DNA of 57,158 nucleotides from Reclinomonas americana ATCC 50394 (Eukaryota): NCBI GenBank assembly GCA_048213135.1, contig PS015159.1, positions 107,652 to 164,809 of the forward strand, read 5' to 3'. Shown piece by piece: positions 39,622 to 57,158 of this stretch (position 1 is its first letter; each line of letters starts with the position of its first letter). The notes under the pieces were generated by a model. It saw only the letters and a program-made list of their open reading frames with translations, ran no database searches and was not told where the DNA came from. The position numbers and the translations under genes were made by a program.

Positions 39622-40817
39622 GAGAGAGAGCAAGAGTGAGAGAAAGAGACTGGGAAAAAATAAAGAGAATGAGTGAGACTGAGAGAGACGGATTCGTGCA
39701 ACGAGAGTGTTTGCTCGAGGCGGAGGAAGCTGGGAAAGAACAAGAGCAAGAACAAGAGAGAGAATGAAAGAGAAAGAGAGAGACTCTGAGAAAGGGAGAG
39801 AAAGGGGGAGGGGCGAAGAGAGCGCAAGCGAGTGTGTTCAAGTTAGGAAGAATGAGAAAGTAGACGAGAAGCTCGACGATGAAGATGGTTGACCTGAGAT
39901 GGCGGAAGTCGTCAACATGGTTTCCGAGTTTATCGCCAGAACACTTATCTTGCTTTGTCTTTACACGTTTGCGCTCTTCTTGACTTGTCAAATCTCTCTT
40001 CGCCGTGTGTCTCGGTCACACGATTCTTATTCTCACCTGTTGAAGTTCTTGCATTATTGAGTCCGCAATTCGTGACACGACCGGCAGCTTCTCTCCCTCC
40101 CACTTCCTGTCTCCAGCTCTCTTCCTCCGGCTCTCTTCCTCCGGCTCTCTCCCGCCCTCTCTCTCCTCTTTCTCTCTCCTCATTGTCCCTCCTTATTATC
40201 TATCTGTCTCTCAGTCTCTCTTCTGTTTCGCACTCTTCTTGTTTTTCCTGCTTTCTTCATTCACTCTCTTCTCTCTCTCCTCTCTCTCTCTCTCTCTCTT
40301 CTCTCTCTCCTTCTCTCTCTCCTACTTCTCTCTCTCTTACTTTCTTCTCCTCCTCCTCCTACTACTTCTTCGTTATTCTCTTCGTTGTCGTTGTCTACTC
40401 GTCGTTCTTCCTCCCTTCGTTCGTCCTCGTCTCCGTTGTTCNNNNNNNNNNNNNNNNNNNNNNNNNNNNNNNNNNNNNNNNNNNNNNNNNNNNNNNNNNN
40501 NNNNNNNNNNNNNNNNNNNNNNNNNNNNNNNNNNNNNNNNNNNNNNNNNNNNNNNNNNNNNNNNNNNNNNNNNNNNNNNNNNNNNNNNNNNNNNNNNNNN
40601 NNNNNNNNNNNNNNNNNNNNNNNNNNNNNNNNNNNNNNNNNNNNNNNNNNNNNNNNNNNNNNNNNNNNNNNNNNNNNNNNNNNNNNNNNNNNNNNNCTCT
40701 CTTCGGTCGTCGTCTCCTCTCGTTCTTCCTCCCTTCTTCGTCCTCGTCTCCGTTCGTTCGTCCTCGTTCGTCCTCTCCTCGTCACTCGTACGTCTACGTC
40801 TACTACGTACACTCGTC

Positions 40818-40870
<53 letters not shown>

Positions 40871-42845
40871 ACTCTATCTCTTTTCTCTCTCTCTCTCTCT
40901 CTCGCATTCTGGTGCTTCTGTTGTTGGCGTTGCGCTCGTGTTTCGCCACGTTGATCTCCTTCTCCATCGTTCTCGCTTTCCTCGGTTACTCTCTCTCTCT
41001 CACTCTTTGAATGTATTGCTTCATCTGACTTCTCCTTTGTTTCGATTTGCGTTCTGACGCATTTGCCATCATCCTGCAGGAGCTATGTCAGCCGGATTTC
41101 ATTATCTGCGCCAACGAGGTCCATCACTTGTGTCGGTGAGTGTGCATGTGCGCTTTTGTTGGCTGGCCGTGCTCGCTGAGATTGACTGCTTCGCAGCGAG
41201 CACCTAGGCGACGCGCCACAGGGCGCCAATTGGTGTGGATGCGGAGTGACTTCGGCTGCCAATGCCGTGGAGCCCATCCGGCGACTCAAGCTGTCGTTCG
41301 AGAACTTGGAGGTTTGTGACTCACAGGGTTGTCAATGTGGGTGAAGAACTCATGCTTGCTTCGTTTATCTCCCGTAGGTTCTGTGCCCCAATTGCCATCA
41401 ACGAATGGTTGACATCGTGCACTGTTGCGTGCTACGTTCTATAATGCTTATTTTGATCCACAACAGACCATTGGGGACTATCACCGCATACATGCAACGA
41501 CAGCGTGTTTGTACGGGTGCAACGATTGCGGCGCCGCCATGCCTCTCAACCGCACCGCTGAGCACGCTTGGAGTGTGTGCCTGCATGAGTGTCCGCTCGG
41601 CTGTGGTTCTCGTGTGCCACTGAGCGGGATGCTGCAACACTGTCAAAATGACTGCGCTCGTGACTGTCCGCGATGTGGTGCCGGATGTAGTCTTGCAAAC
41701 ATGCGACAGCATCTCGGTGAGTGGAATTGCCTGCATGAAGAGCAGAGGCCCGACCTTGCCTCATGAGTGTGGATTAGAGAGCGAATGTGCAATGACGCCG
41801 ACAGCGTGCCGGGCGGCCGATCTTGGCTGTGAGATGCGTGGTCCGAGGCGTGAGGTGCAAGAGCATGAGTTGGGGTGCGATTTGCTGCGCGTGGAACGAC
41901 CGCTGCGAGAGGTGAGATGAACTGGACCATTATGAAATGGTGGAGGCATTGATCATCTTTCTTGTGTCGATGCAGCTTCACGCCCGTGTGCAGGAACAGA
42001 GGGTTGCGAGTGAGCGACTTGAGGAGGCGATGCGCGAGAAAGAGCTGCGACAATCGGAGATGCAGTTGCAGGTGGTGGAGCACCGTCAGATATACGACCA
42101 GCAACTGCAAGAGCTCGCTGCTCGATTGGCGGCTGTGGTGCGCGAGAAGGAACAACGACAGTCTGAGATGCAGTTGCAGGCGGTGGAGCAGCGCCAGCAT
42201 TTCGACCGGCAACTGCAAGAGCACGCTGCTCGACTGGCGGCTGTGGTGCGTGAAAAGGAGCAATTGCAACAACAACTTGAACAGCAGAAAGCTGCGACAG
42301 AACGTCAATTCCGTGCGTTCGAGGAACAGCTCCACCAGGTCAGTGGATTACTGCTATTGTGCCCTCTACTGCTCGAAAGAGAATTTGTCATGTCTTCTGT
42401 CTCCAGCTTTTCGCACGATTCGGACCTGTGGAGTCACGCTTTCTTGAAGAACAGCGACGCCAACAGGAGCTGGAGCAGCAGGAGCGTGCTCGCCTGGAGG
42501 CGGAGAGACTGCGGCGCCAGAGAGAGGAAGCGGCCGCTCGGCAGCGTGAGGAAGAAGCTGCGCGTATTGAGGAAGAGCGTCGTCAGCAGGAGGCGGCGGA
42601 ACGACTTCTTACGGTATGCTACGACGTGACGAAAAGTTTAGTTGGCGGAGTTCTCATCGTTTCGGTGCACTGTACAGAAATGCAAACGATGTGGACAACC
42701 AGCTGCACTTGGGCAGAAATGTATGCATCACACGAAGGTATATATATATATGTTGCAAAAGATTGTTGGTGAAATGTTGATGTTGGAAGACTTACATTGG
42801 CGGTCGTTTGTTCACAGTGGGTGCGTTGACTCACAGTTCTACTGA
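38718..42845 (+). CDS. RING-variant plus TRAF-type zinc finger plus coiled-coil protein (putative E3 ligase/adaptor); start and last exon uncertain
   Basis: YECPVCR|ELCQPDFIICANEVHHLCREH...WCGC across intron 38952-41079; LEVLCPNC; repeated H...C...C..C units (EHAWSVCLHECPLGCG, QHCQNDCARDCPRCG, HLESECAMTPTACRAADLGC...EHELGC); Q/E/R-rich coiled coil ~41977-42610. Confidence 0.7.
42031..42262 (+). repeat. In-frame 108-bp (36-aa) tandem duplication in the coiled coil
   Basis: tgcg(c/t)ga(g/a)aa recurs at 42031, 42139 and 42247; the peptide REKE.RQSEMQLQ.VE.RQ..D.QLQE.AARLAAVV occurs twice. Confidence 0.9.
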
Positions 42846-43731
42846 GTATGTTTCGGCTAATGCTCGTGGTTGACCCCGTGAATCTTGCATGCTCGACTGG
42901 ACGTGTTACACAAACAGACTGTGAGTGGGATATTGACTTTTACTTTCACAACGAGTTTGGTATCTGTTTGTTGACGACTGACTGCATATGTGTATGTATT
43001 CGTATTTGTGCGACGATGGCGAATAACGTATGATCATGCAGGATGTGAGTATGCGTGTGTATGTGTGTGTATATGCGAGAAAGAGAGAAAAGAGAAGAGA
43101 GAGAAGGGAGAGGGGAGAGAGAGAGGGAGAAACGGAGTGGGAGAAAGANNNNNNNNNNNNNNNNNNNNNNNNNNNNNNNNNNNNNNNNNNNNNNNNNNNN
43201 NNNNNNNNNNNNNNNNNNNNNNNNNNNNNNNNNNNNNNNNNNNNNNNNNNNNNNNNNNNNNNNNNNNNNNNNNNNNNNNNNNNNNNNNNNNNNNNNNNNN
43301 NNNNNNNNNNNNNNNNNNNNNNNNNNNNNNNNNNNNNNNNNNNNNNNNNNNNNNNNNNNNNNNNNNNNNNNNNNNNNNNNNNNNNNNNNNNNNNNNNNNN
43401 NNNNNNNNNNNNNNNNNNNNNNNNNNNNNNNNNNNNNNNNNNNNNNNNNNNNNNNNNNNNNNNNNNNNNNNNNNNNNNNNNNNNNNNNNNNNNNNNNNNN
43501 NNNNNNNNNNNNNNNNNNNNNNNNNNNNNNNNNNNNNNNNNNNNNNNNNNNNNNNNNNNNNNNNNNNNNNNNNNNNNNNTGAGTGTGTGTGTGAGTGAGT
43601 GAGTGAGTGAGAGAGAGAGAGAGAGCACGGAGCGTCAGCAGCAGGGACAGAAAGCATGGAGCTCGCTTGCGAAATTGGATCTTTTGTCTCTGACAGCCCC
43701 ACTTTTGTCGTGTGTGTGTGCGTGTGTGATA

Positions 43732-46343
43732 ATGCCGCCAAAAAAGAAGGGAGGCGCGCCAAGCGCCAAGGCCGAGCGCAAGGAAAAGGCCAAGATCATT
43801 GAGGACAAGACCTTTGGTGCGTGAATTATAAAATAACGTCATCAACGCGCACTCTCTCTTGCTCTCTGTCTCTGCTCTGCTCTCTGTGTGCTGTGTGTGC
43901 ATGTCTGCGTGTGCGTTGACGTCGAGCGTGTAGAGTTGCGTGTTGAGTGTGTGCGTGCGTCACATCTCATGGCCATGTCCCTATTTGCAGGCCTCAAGAA
44001 CAAGAACAAGAGCAACAAGATGCAAAAGTACGTGGAAGCCGTACAGAAGCAGGTGCTTACGGGCGGTGTGAATCAGCGCAAGGTCGGCAAGAGCGCGGGT
44101 GAGCTGCGCAAGGAGCAAAAGGCGGCGGAGAAGCAGCGACAGGCGGAGCTCGATGCTATTTTCAAGATCACCAAGGCTGCTGGTGCGGTGGCAGAGGGCA
44201 CAGGGAGCAGTGAGGGGGAGGGGGGGAGGTATGGGGGAAAGGGAAGAGGGGAGGGAGAAAGTGTGCGAGGGGAAGAATGTGATTGTGCGTGTTGGGGGAC
44301 AAGATGTGTGTGTGTGTGTGTGTGCGTGTGTGAGGGGGAGAGAGAGTGTGTATGTAGCAGAGAGAGCGTGGGATGAGAGAAGAGAGAGAAGGGAAGAGAC
44401 GTGTGAAGAGAATGAGTGACAACGCTTGTTCTTTTCACTCTTTCGCTGTGCGGGGTGTGTGTGTGTGTGAGAGAGAGAGAGAGTAGCAGAGGGAGCGTGG
44501 GATGAGAGAAGGAAAGAGATGTGCGAAGAGAGAGAGAGAGAGAGGGAAAGAGAGAGCACGGGGTGAGAGAAGGAGGAAAGAGATGCGTGAAGAGAATGAG
44601 AATGACAACGGATGATCTCTCACTCACTGTCTCTCTCTCAACGTGTGCGCTTGCGCGTGGGGGCGAGAGATGGAGAGTGAACGTAGGGCAAGGAGTTGTC
44701 ACTTGTGAAGAGTTGAATGAGAGTTGGCTCTTGTGATGGGTGGCCAGAGGCACACCTTTGATCCAGGATTGGGTTTTCCCGTTGTGATAGATTGTGCTGG
44801 CGCAGTCACTTGATTCGCTGGCGGCATGGTGACGGGGAGAGAAGACACGAGCAGGAGAAGTGTGGTTCTTCCGTCTCAAGTCTCGAGCAGCATCCTTCAG
44901 CAGCCATCAAGAGAGTGAGAAGGGCGAGTGAGAAGAAACAGCAAAGAGCTGTGCGTTCATCAGAGGTGGAGAAGTGTGGTTCTTCCTCGTCAGTCTTGCA
45001 AGAGAGAACCGAGAAGAGTAGCATTCTTCATCTGCTGATGTGGATCGATCAGGAGATTGAGAAGGGCGAGTGAGAAACTGAAAAAACAGTGCTACCATCG
45101 GCAGATGCGGAGCAGGTGAAGGAAGTGTGGTTATTCCGTCGTCTGGCATGAGAGAATGAGGATAGGAGCGTCGCATGGCGATAATCTGCGAGAGAAAAGC
45201 AGTGCTTACCTCTTTGTCTTCTTCTCCTTCTTCTTCTCCCGCTCACCCCTTCCGCTCCCCTCCCGCAGGCGAAACAACCGCCACGCATCACAACTACACG
45301 GAGCCGGAGCCCGACGAAGACGAGGAGTACCCCGACGAGGAGTACTTTGACAAGTTCTTCTTGGAGGAGAACAAGGATGCGCTGGAGGAGTGGATTGATA
45401 AGGAGCGTGAAAAGATCCGCAAGGTCACCCCCGTCACACTGGACACGTTCACCGAGTGGAAGGCGAGGAAGAGGCAAGAGAAGGAGGCGGAGGAGAGGAA
45501 AAATCGTCGCCAGGCCGAGGAGTCGTACCGACGCACAGGTGGTGGCATCTCTGGTAAGGAGCTGTTCGAGGTCGACAAGTCCATCTTTGCCGATGATGCC
45601 GAAGCCGTGGATGTGTACGAATTCGAGGTGAGTGNNNNNNNNNNNNNNNNNNNNCGCTTGAAAAGAAAGAGAAAAGGCTGTGTTTGTTGCCACTCACAGT
45701 TGTCGAGCAGAATTTGGAGGGCATCGAGGTGGACGAGGATCTGTTCAATGCCGAGCTGGAGGGCGAGCTGGAGGGTTTGGAGCTGGGCGATGGTGAAGGA
45801 GCGAGTGGCAGTGGCGAGGGCGCGAGCGGCAGCGGTGTGGCGGCCACGCAACCCAGCGAGTCGTTCTATCCTGCGACGTACACCGCCGCGACGTGGACAC
45901 TGAGCAAGACACCGAAGCAGTTGCTGAGCGAGTGGTGCACGGCGAGAAAGGCCGCGCAGCCGGTGTACACGGTGGTGACCAGCACGCCGGGTAATGTTCT
46001 CGTAATGGCCACCATGGCGGCGACGGGAGGTAAGTGGGGAAGGGTGAAGGGGAAAGGGGGGGGGGTGAGTGAGACAAGGGAGAGCGGAGACAGGAAAGAG
46101 AGAGTGATAGAGATAGCAAGATGGTGAGAGACGAAGGATTCGAGACAGAGAGAGAGAGATGTAGAAAAGAAATAAGAGAGTTGAGCACGAGACAGAGAGA
46201 CCAAAAGTGAGATTGTGCTTGAGAAGGGAGTGAGAGAGAGAGAGAGATTATCGTGAGATTGTGTGTGAGCAGGGGAATTGAACTAGTATAGTGCATGTGA
46301 AAGTGAGCGAGAGCACATAGACAGAAACGGAGAGAGGAAGACA

Positions 46344-46377
<34 letters not shown>

Positions 46378-46541
46378 CAAGGAAGGAAAGAGATGTGCTG
46401 TGTCGTGTTCACTCCGCTTACTTCCATCCGTGCACAGAAATGCAATTCATGCCAGAGGAAGGCTCAGCAGGCAAGAAGGACGCCGAACACAACACCGCGT
46501 TGCACATTATTCGGCACCTCGAGTCCACAGGCGAGCTCTAG
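43732..46541 (+). CDS. ZC3H15: ZC3H15/Tma46/DFRP1-like DRG-binding translation factor, lacking CCCH fingers, with a C-terminal dsRBD-like domain
   Basis: MPPKKK...KIIEDKTFG|LKNKNKSNKMQKYVEAV N-terminus; LEEWIDKER..KVTPVTLDTFTEWK; GISGKELFE..IFADD; EVDEDLF. Introns 43817-43990, 44183-45268, ~45628-45699 and 46030-46437. Stop TAG 46539-46541. Confidence 0.85.
44850..45160. repeat. Degenerate intronic tandem repeat (~115-150 bp unit)
   Basis: gaagtgtggtt(c/a)ttcc occurs three times (~44857, ~44971, ~45122) and gagaagggcgagtgagaa twice (~44917, ~45059). Confidence 0.6.
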
Positions 46542-47007
46542 ACGCGTAGTAGTTGGGAGGGTGGTGCAGTGGTGGTGGTGGAGGAGTTGAGAAGAGAAGG
46601 AAAGATGGTACTGCCAGTGAAAAGAAACAAATCACGCCCAATCATCGCTGGTGACGGGTGTCAGACAGCAACACAGCAGCACACGGAGACAGCATGATGA
46701 GAAAGTTGATAGGTCGAATGCTGGCGGTTCTCCAAGAGAAACCACGACTGTGGGTGTCCAGACAGCTTGATCGTGGTGACATACATGCGAAGCTGCAGAG
46801 GCTTGTCTTTGTCGACGCGTTCCGAATCCGTCAGTGTACATGTATGTATGCGTGGACCAAGTCACCCGACAGCTGCTGTTGCTCGTATGTTGGTGAATGC
46901 TGCAAGTCACATTTGCGAAGGGTCAAGGGCATTGCCAAGTGTGACTTCGACGTCCCCGTGTCACGCACCCACCATGTCTTTACTTCAATACATCACTCAG
47001 CGCGCCA

Positions 47008-50431
<3,424 letters not shown>

Positions 50432-50527
50432 CTCTTGTAAGAGGAGAAAAACCAACAAAAAACAGACAATGAAATGCATGAATGAATGTCCCGCGTCTGT
50501 GTCTTCTTCTCTGTCTCTCTCGCAAGC

Positions 50528-54419
<3,892 letters not shown>

Positions 54420-54512
54420 GAAACGAGGCAAATTTAGTGAAGGCGTGTCCCGCGATTTTCGAACGTTGGTGCAATTGTGTCATTGCGCGAGAGAAAGCGA
54501 CAAAATCATACC

Positions 54513-56962
54513 ATGGGTCGCGGTGTGCGCGCCCTCGACTTTCTCGACACGTTGCCAGTTGCGTTGTGCCTGAGTTTGCCATCCGCTGTGTTGGCGCTCA
54601 CTCTCTCTTCCCTATCTTCTCATCTGTCTTTTTCTGTCTCCCATCTCTGTTCTTCTCTCTCTGTGTGTGTGCGTGTCTGTGACTGTACACGCCTGTAGGT
54701 CAGGAAAACCAACTGCGGATCATGGCTGAGGTGAAACCAAACCATCACTCGTTCACGCACTCATTCTTACTCACTCACTCATTGTCGCCCCCAGCCTCTT
54801 CATGTACGCCTGCATGATCGCCGTATGCGTCGCCTTGCTTATCACTGGTACGTCTCTCTCCTCACTCTCTCCTCCCCCTCTCGCTCTCTCCCTCAATCTC
54901 TTCCTCTCCTTCGCAGGCATCATTCACGGCCGATCATGGACCGACACCTTCCGCCGCCTGCCACCCCCATCGCGCACGCTTCCACTGCAAGTGCAGTGTC
55001 CGTTGGACGACCGCGGAGCACTGCCGACCCATCGATGCATCCTGTCGCAGCAGTGCTCGGGGACACCGACGGCGGTTGTCGGAAGGCCGGGCGAGTGGCT
55101 GCAGCTGGACGCATGTTTCGCTGCAGACGCGGTGCCGGAGCCCAGATTCACGGTGTGTGTGCGAGAGATGGAAGGCGCAGGATGCAGAGAACAAGGCAGT
55201 GGCGGCTGACCTTCTGACATGTGACAGCTGGTGTACTCGCTTCCGCGGTCGAGTGCCGCCTGCACCATCTCGGCGGTTGGTGTGAAGAACGGCGACTCTG
55301 TGTCTGTGGTGGCGCAAGCTAGCGCAGCAGGTGTGTACGCATGTCTTCAGCCTCGCGCACTTTCGTGCTGGCTCACACAGAGTCGTGCCATAGGTGATTG
55401 CGTGCCGCTCTTTCGGAAGGATGTCACCGAGGGAGTGGCGGCGTACAATGTGGTCGTTCCCGACAGCACCCTCTCGTCGTCCAACTTGTGCACTGCGGCT
55501 GCCACGCAAGGTATTGTGTCAAGAACACGCACTCACTTGTTGGAGCCCTGACTCGCTCTCGGGACAGCACTGACGTCTGCCCTGCTGCTGCCGGCTGCGG
55601 GGAGCATGCAATCATTGAGTTTTCGGGTGCGTTCTTCCCCTTTGCACAAGAGTCAACCAAGCATACATGCACTGACTCTGCGCGTGTACACACAGACCGG
55701 CTCCGATCGCCCTGTGCGGTCCATCAGAATACCACAAACGCTGCCGGCGTCTTCCATCATCTCCTCCTGCACACCAATCCTGCCAAACAGCGCTCGCCTC
55801 GTGTATGCCCAAGTCGATCCGTTGCGTTGTCGCGCGCCACCACGCTCCTTCGCGCACCACACTGACGCGCAGTGGACGCGAACACAGATGGTTCCCTGGC
55901 TTGCCGAATTCCACCCTCCAACCGCATGCTGTCGTCATGAGACCATCAGCGCCGCTCGGATGGGACGGCCAGGGCGCTAACGGAATTAATGTGGAGGATA
56001 CGGTGCGTTGCGATGACTGCAACACATCTGTGCCTCCAGCCGTTCTCATGTGGGCGTTGCAGAATTTCTTTGTCGATCCCACCGCCGCCGATCAAACAAC
56101 GAGCATCGTCGACTTTGAGGCGGTGTCCAATGCGTTCATTGACTGCAGTCGAGACCTCGGCCAGTCCGACTGCAGCGGTTTCATGTTTCGCAGTGTGGCA
56201 CTACGCATGTCACCGCAAGGTAGCCATGACTTTTCTCTTCTCTCCCCAACGAGCCGACGAACCAACGACTTCGTGCACCATGCAGGCATTGTCGAGCAGG
56301 AGGCACGTGTGTCGCTTGTTCTCCTGTCCTTGGCCGCGGCCGGAGCAGCACTCGTGGCGCTCTACTTTTGTTTCACCTGCATCAAGCAGTGCTGCTCTGA
56401 GGACTGGCGAGCACTGGATCAGGTGCTTCAAATCTCCAATCATCTGTCACCGTCTCGCTCTCTTGCTAACACGGTTGCAATGCAGGACGGTCATTTTATT
56501 GTCCACCACCCGATTTGGCTGTTCCGACGGCCGTCTTCCAAGATCTCCATGCCCGGCGGGTGCGTGTGCCGTTTGTCGACCACTGTTGCGAGTAACCACT
56601 CTCTCACTCTCGCTGACATGCAGATCGCCGAGCAAACAAGTGGACGACGAGGAGGCCGCCATGCCAAGAGGTTCAAGCAATCCTAATCCGACCGAGGGCG
56701 AAACCATCAACGATGATTCCCCCACTCGACGACGACACANNNNNNNNNNNNNNNNNNNNNNNNNNNNNNNNNNNNNNNNNNNNNNNNNNNNNNNNNNNNN
56801 NNNNNNNNGACAATTGAAGACGAGGACGTGGAGGAAAGCGAGGAGCAGGAGGAGGAGGAGGAGGAAGTGGATGTCGAGAGCGAGATGCAGGAGGTGGAGG
56901 AAGCCATCGAGGAGTGGGTGCAGGTGCTGGACGAGACCAGTGAGGAGATCGACCAGGAGTAG
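54513..56962 (+). CDS. Uncharacterised two-TM protein with a large Cys-containing lumenal/extracellular loop and an acidic tail
   Basis: Spliced N-terminus MGRGVRALDFLDTLP|VRKTNCGSWLS|LFMYACMIAVCVALLITG (TM1); TM2 VSLVLLSLAAAGAALVALYFCF (~56308-56375); E/D-rich end with TAG 56960-56962 after a gap, so the frame across the gap is assumed. Confidence 0.6.
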
Positions 56963-57158
56963 CAAGCTCACCGCCTGCAGGGTCGACACTGTTGCTGTTT
57001 TTTCTCTTGTGTTATTATTGATGAGTTTCTTGGAGCCCACGTGCTCTTTTTGTGAGCCGTGTGGACAGCTGGATGAGTTGGAAATACACCTACTCGTATC
57101 AATGGTACATTCAATTTTGGTCACACTTCTTCTGCTGCTGCTCCTGCTGCTGGCGCAA

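Noticed and set aside
39118-41057. Long S/L-rich or R/E-rich ORFs in the ORF track (also those across N runs and CVCV/HTHT tracts)
   Set aside because: They are translations of intronic microsatellites and gaps.
44850-45160. CRISPR-like repeat-spacer array
   Set aside because: The repeats are degenerate, irregularly spaced and intronic, the spacers resemble each other, and no cas genes are present.

Overview
Gapped draft scaffold from an intron-rich, gene-dense microbial eukaryote. It uses the standard code, has mostly 55-100 nt spliceosomal introns and many (GT)n/(GA)n tracts, and adjacent genes are often under 100 bp apart. In order, the window holds: a >20 kb gene for a giant single-pass surface protein (NHL propellers, IPT/Ig-like repeats, TM, Pro-rich tail); a glomulin/ALF4-like gene; TAPT1; a tandem array of at least 3 Crinkler/CR-type genes (SAP-like header, P-loop NTPase, D...QxK nuclease, HhH); an orphan first exon with a signal peptide; a RING/TRAF-zinc-finger coiled-coil gene; a ZC3H15/Tma46-like gene with no CCCH fingers but a C-terminal dsRBD-like domain; SPT3; a membrane-anchored bacterial-type glucose/sorbosone dehydrogenase; and a two-TM protein. 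The most striking signal is in splicing. About 24 introns across most genes use an offset donor GTTGCG(T/C), which is the common GTGCGT motif shifted by one base so that +5 is C, and conserved protein motifs fix the cut site in several cases. Two small contigs are flipped in the scaffold and rejoin seamlessly when reversed. All gene models were spliced by eye and family calls come from motif recognition, not searches.
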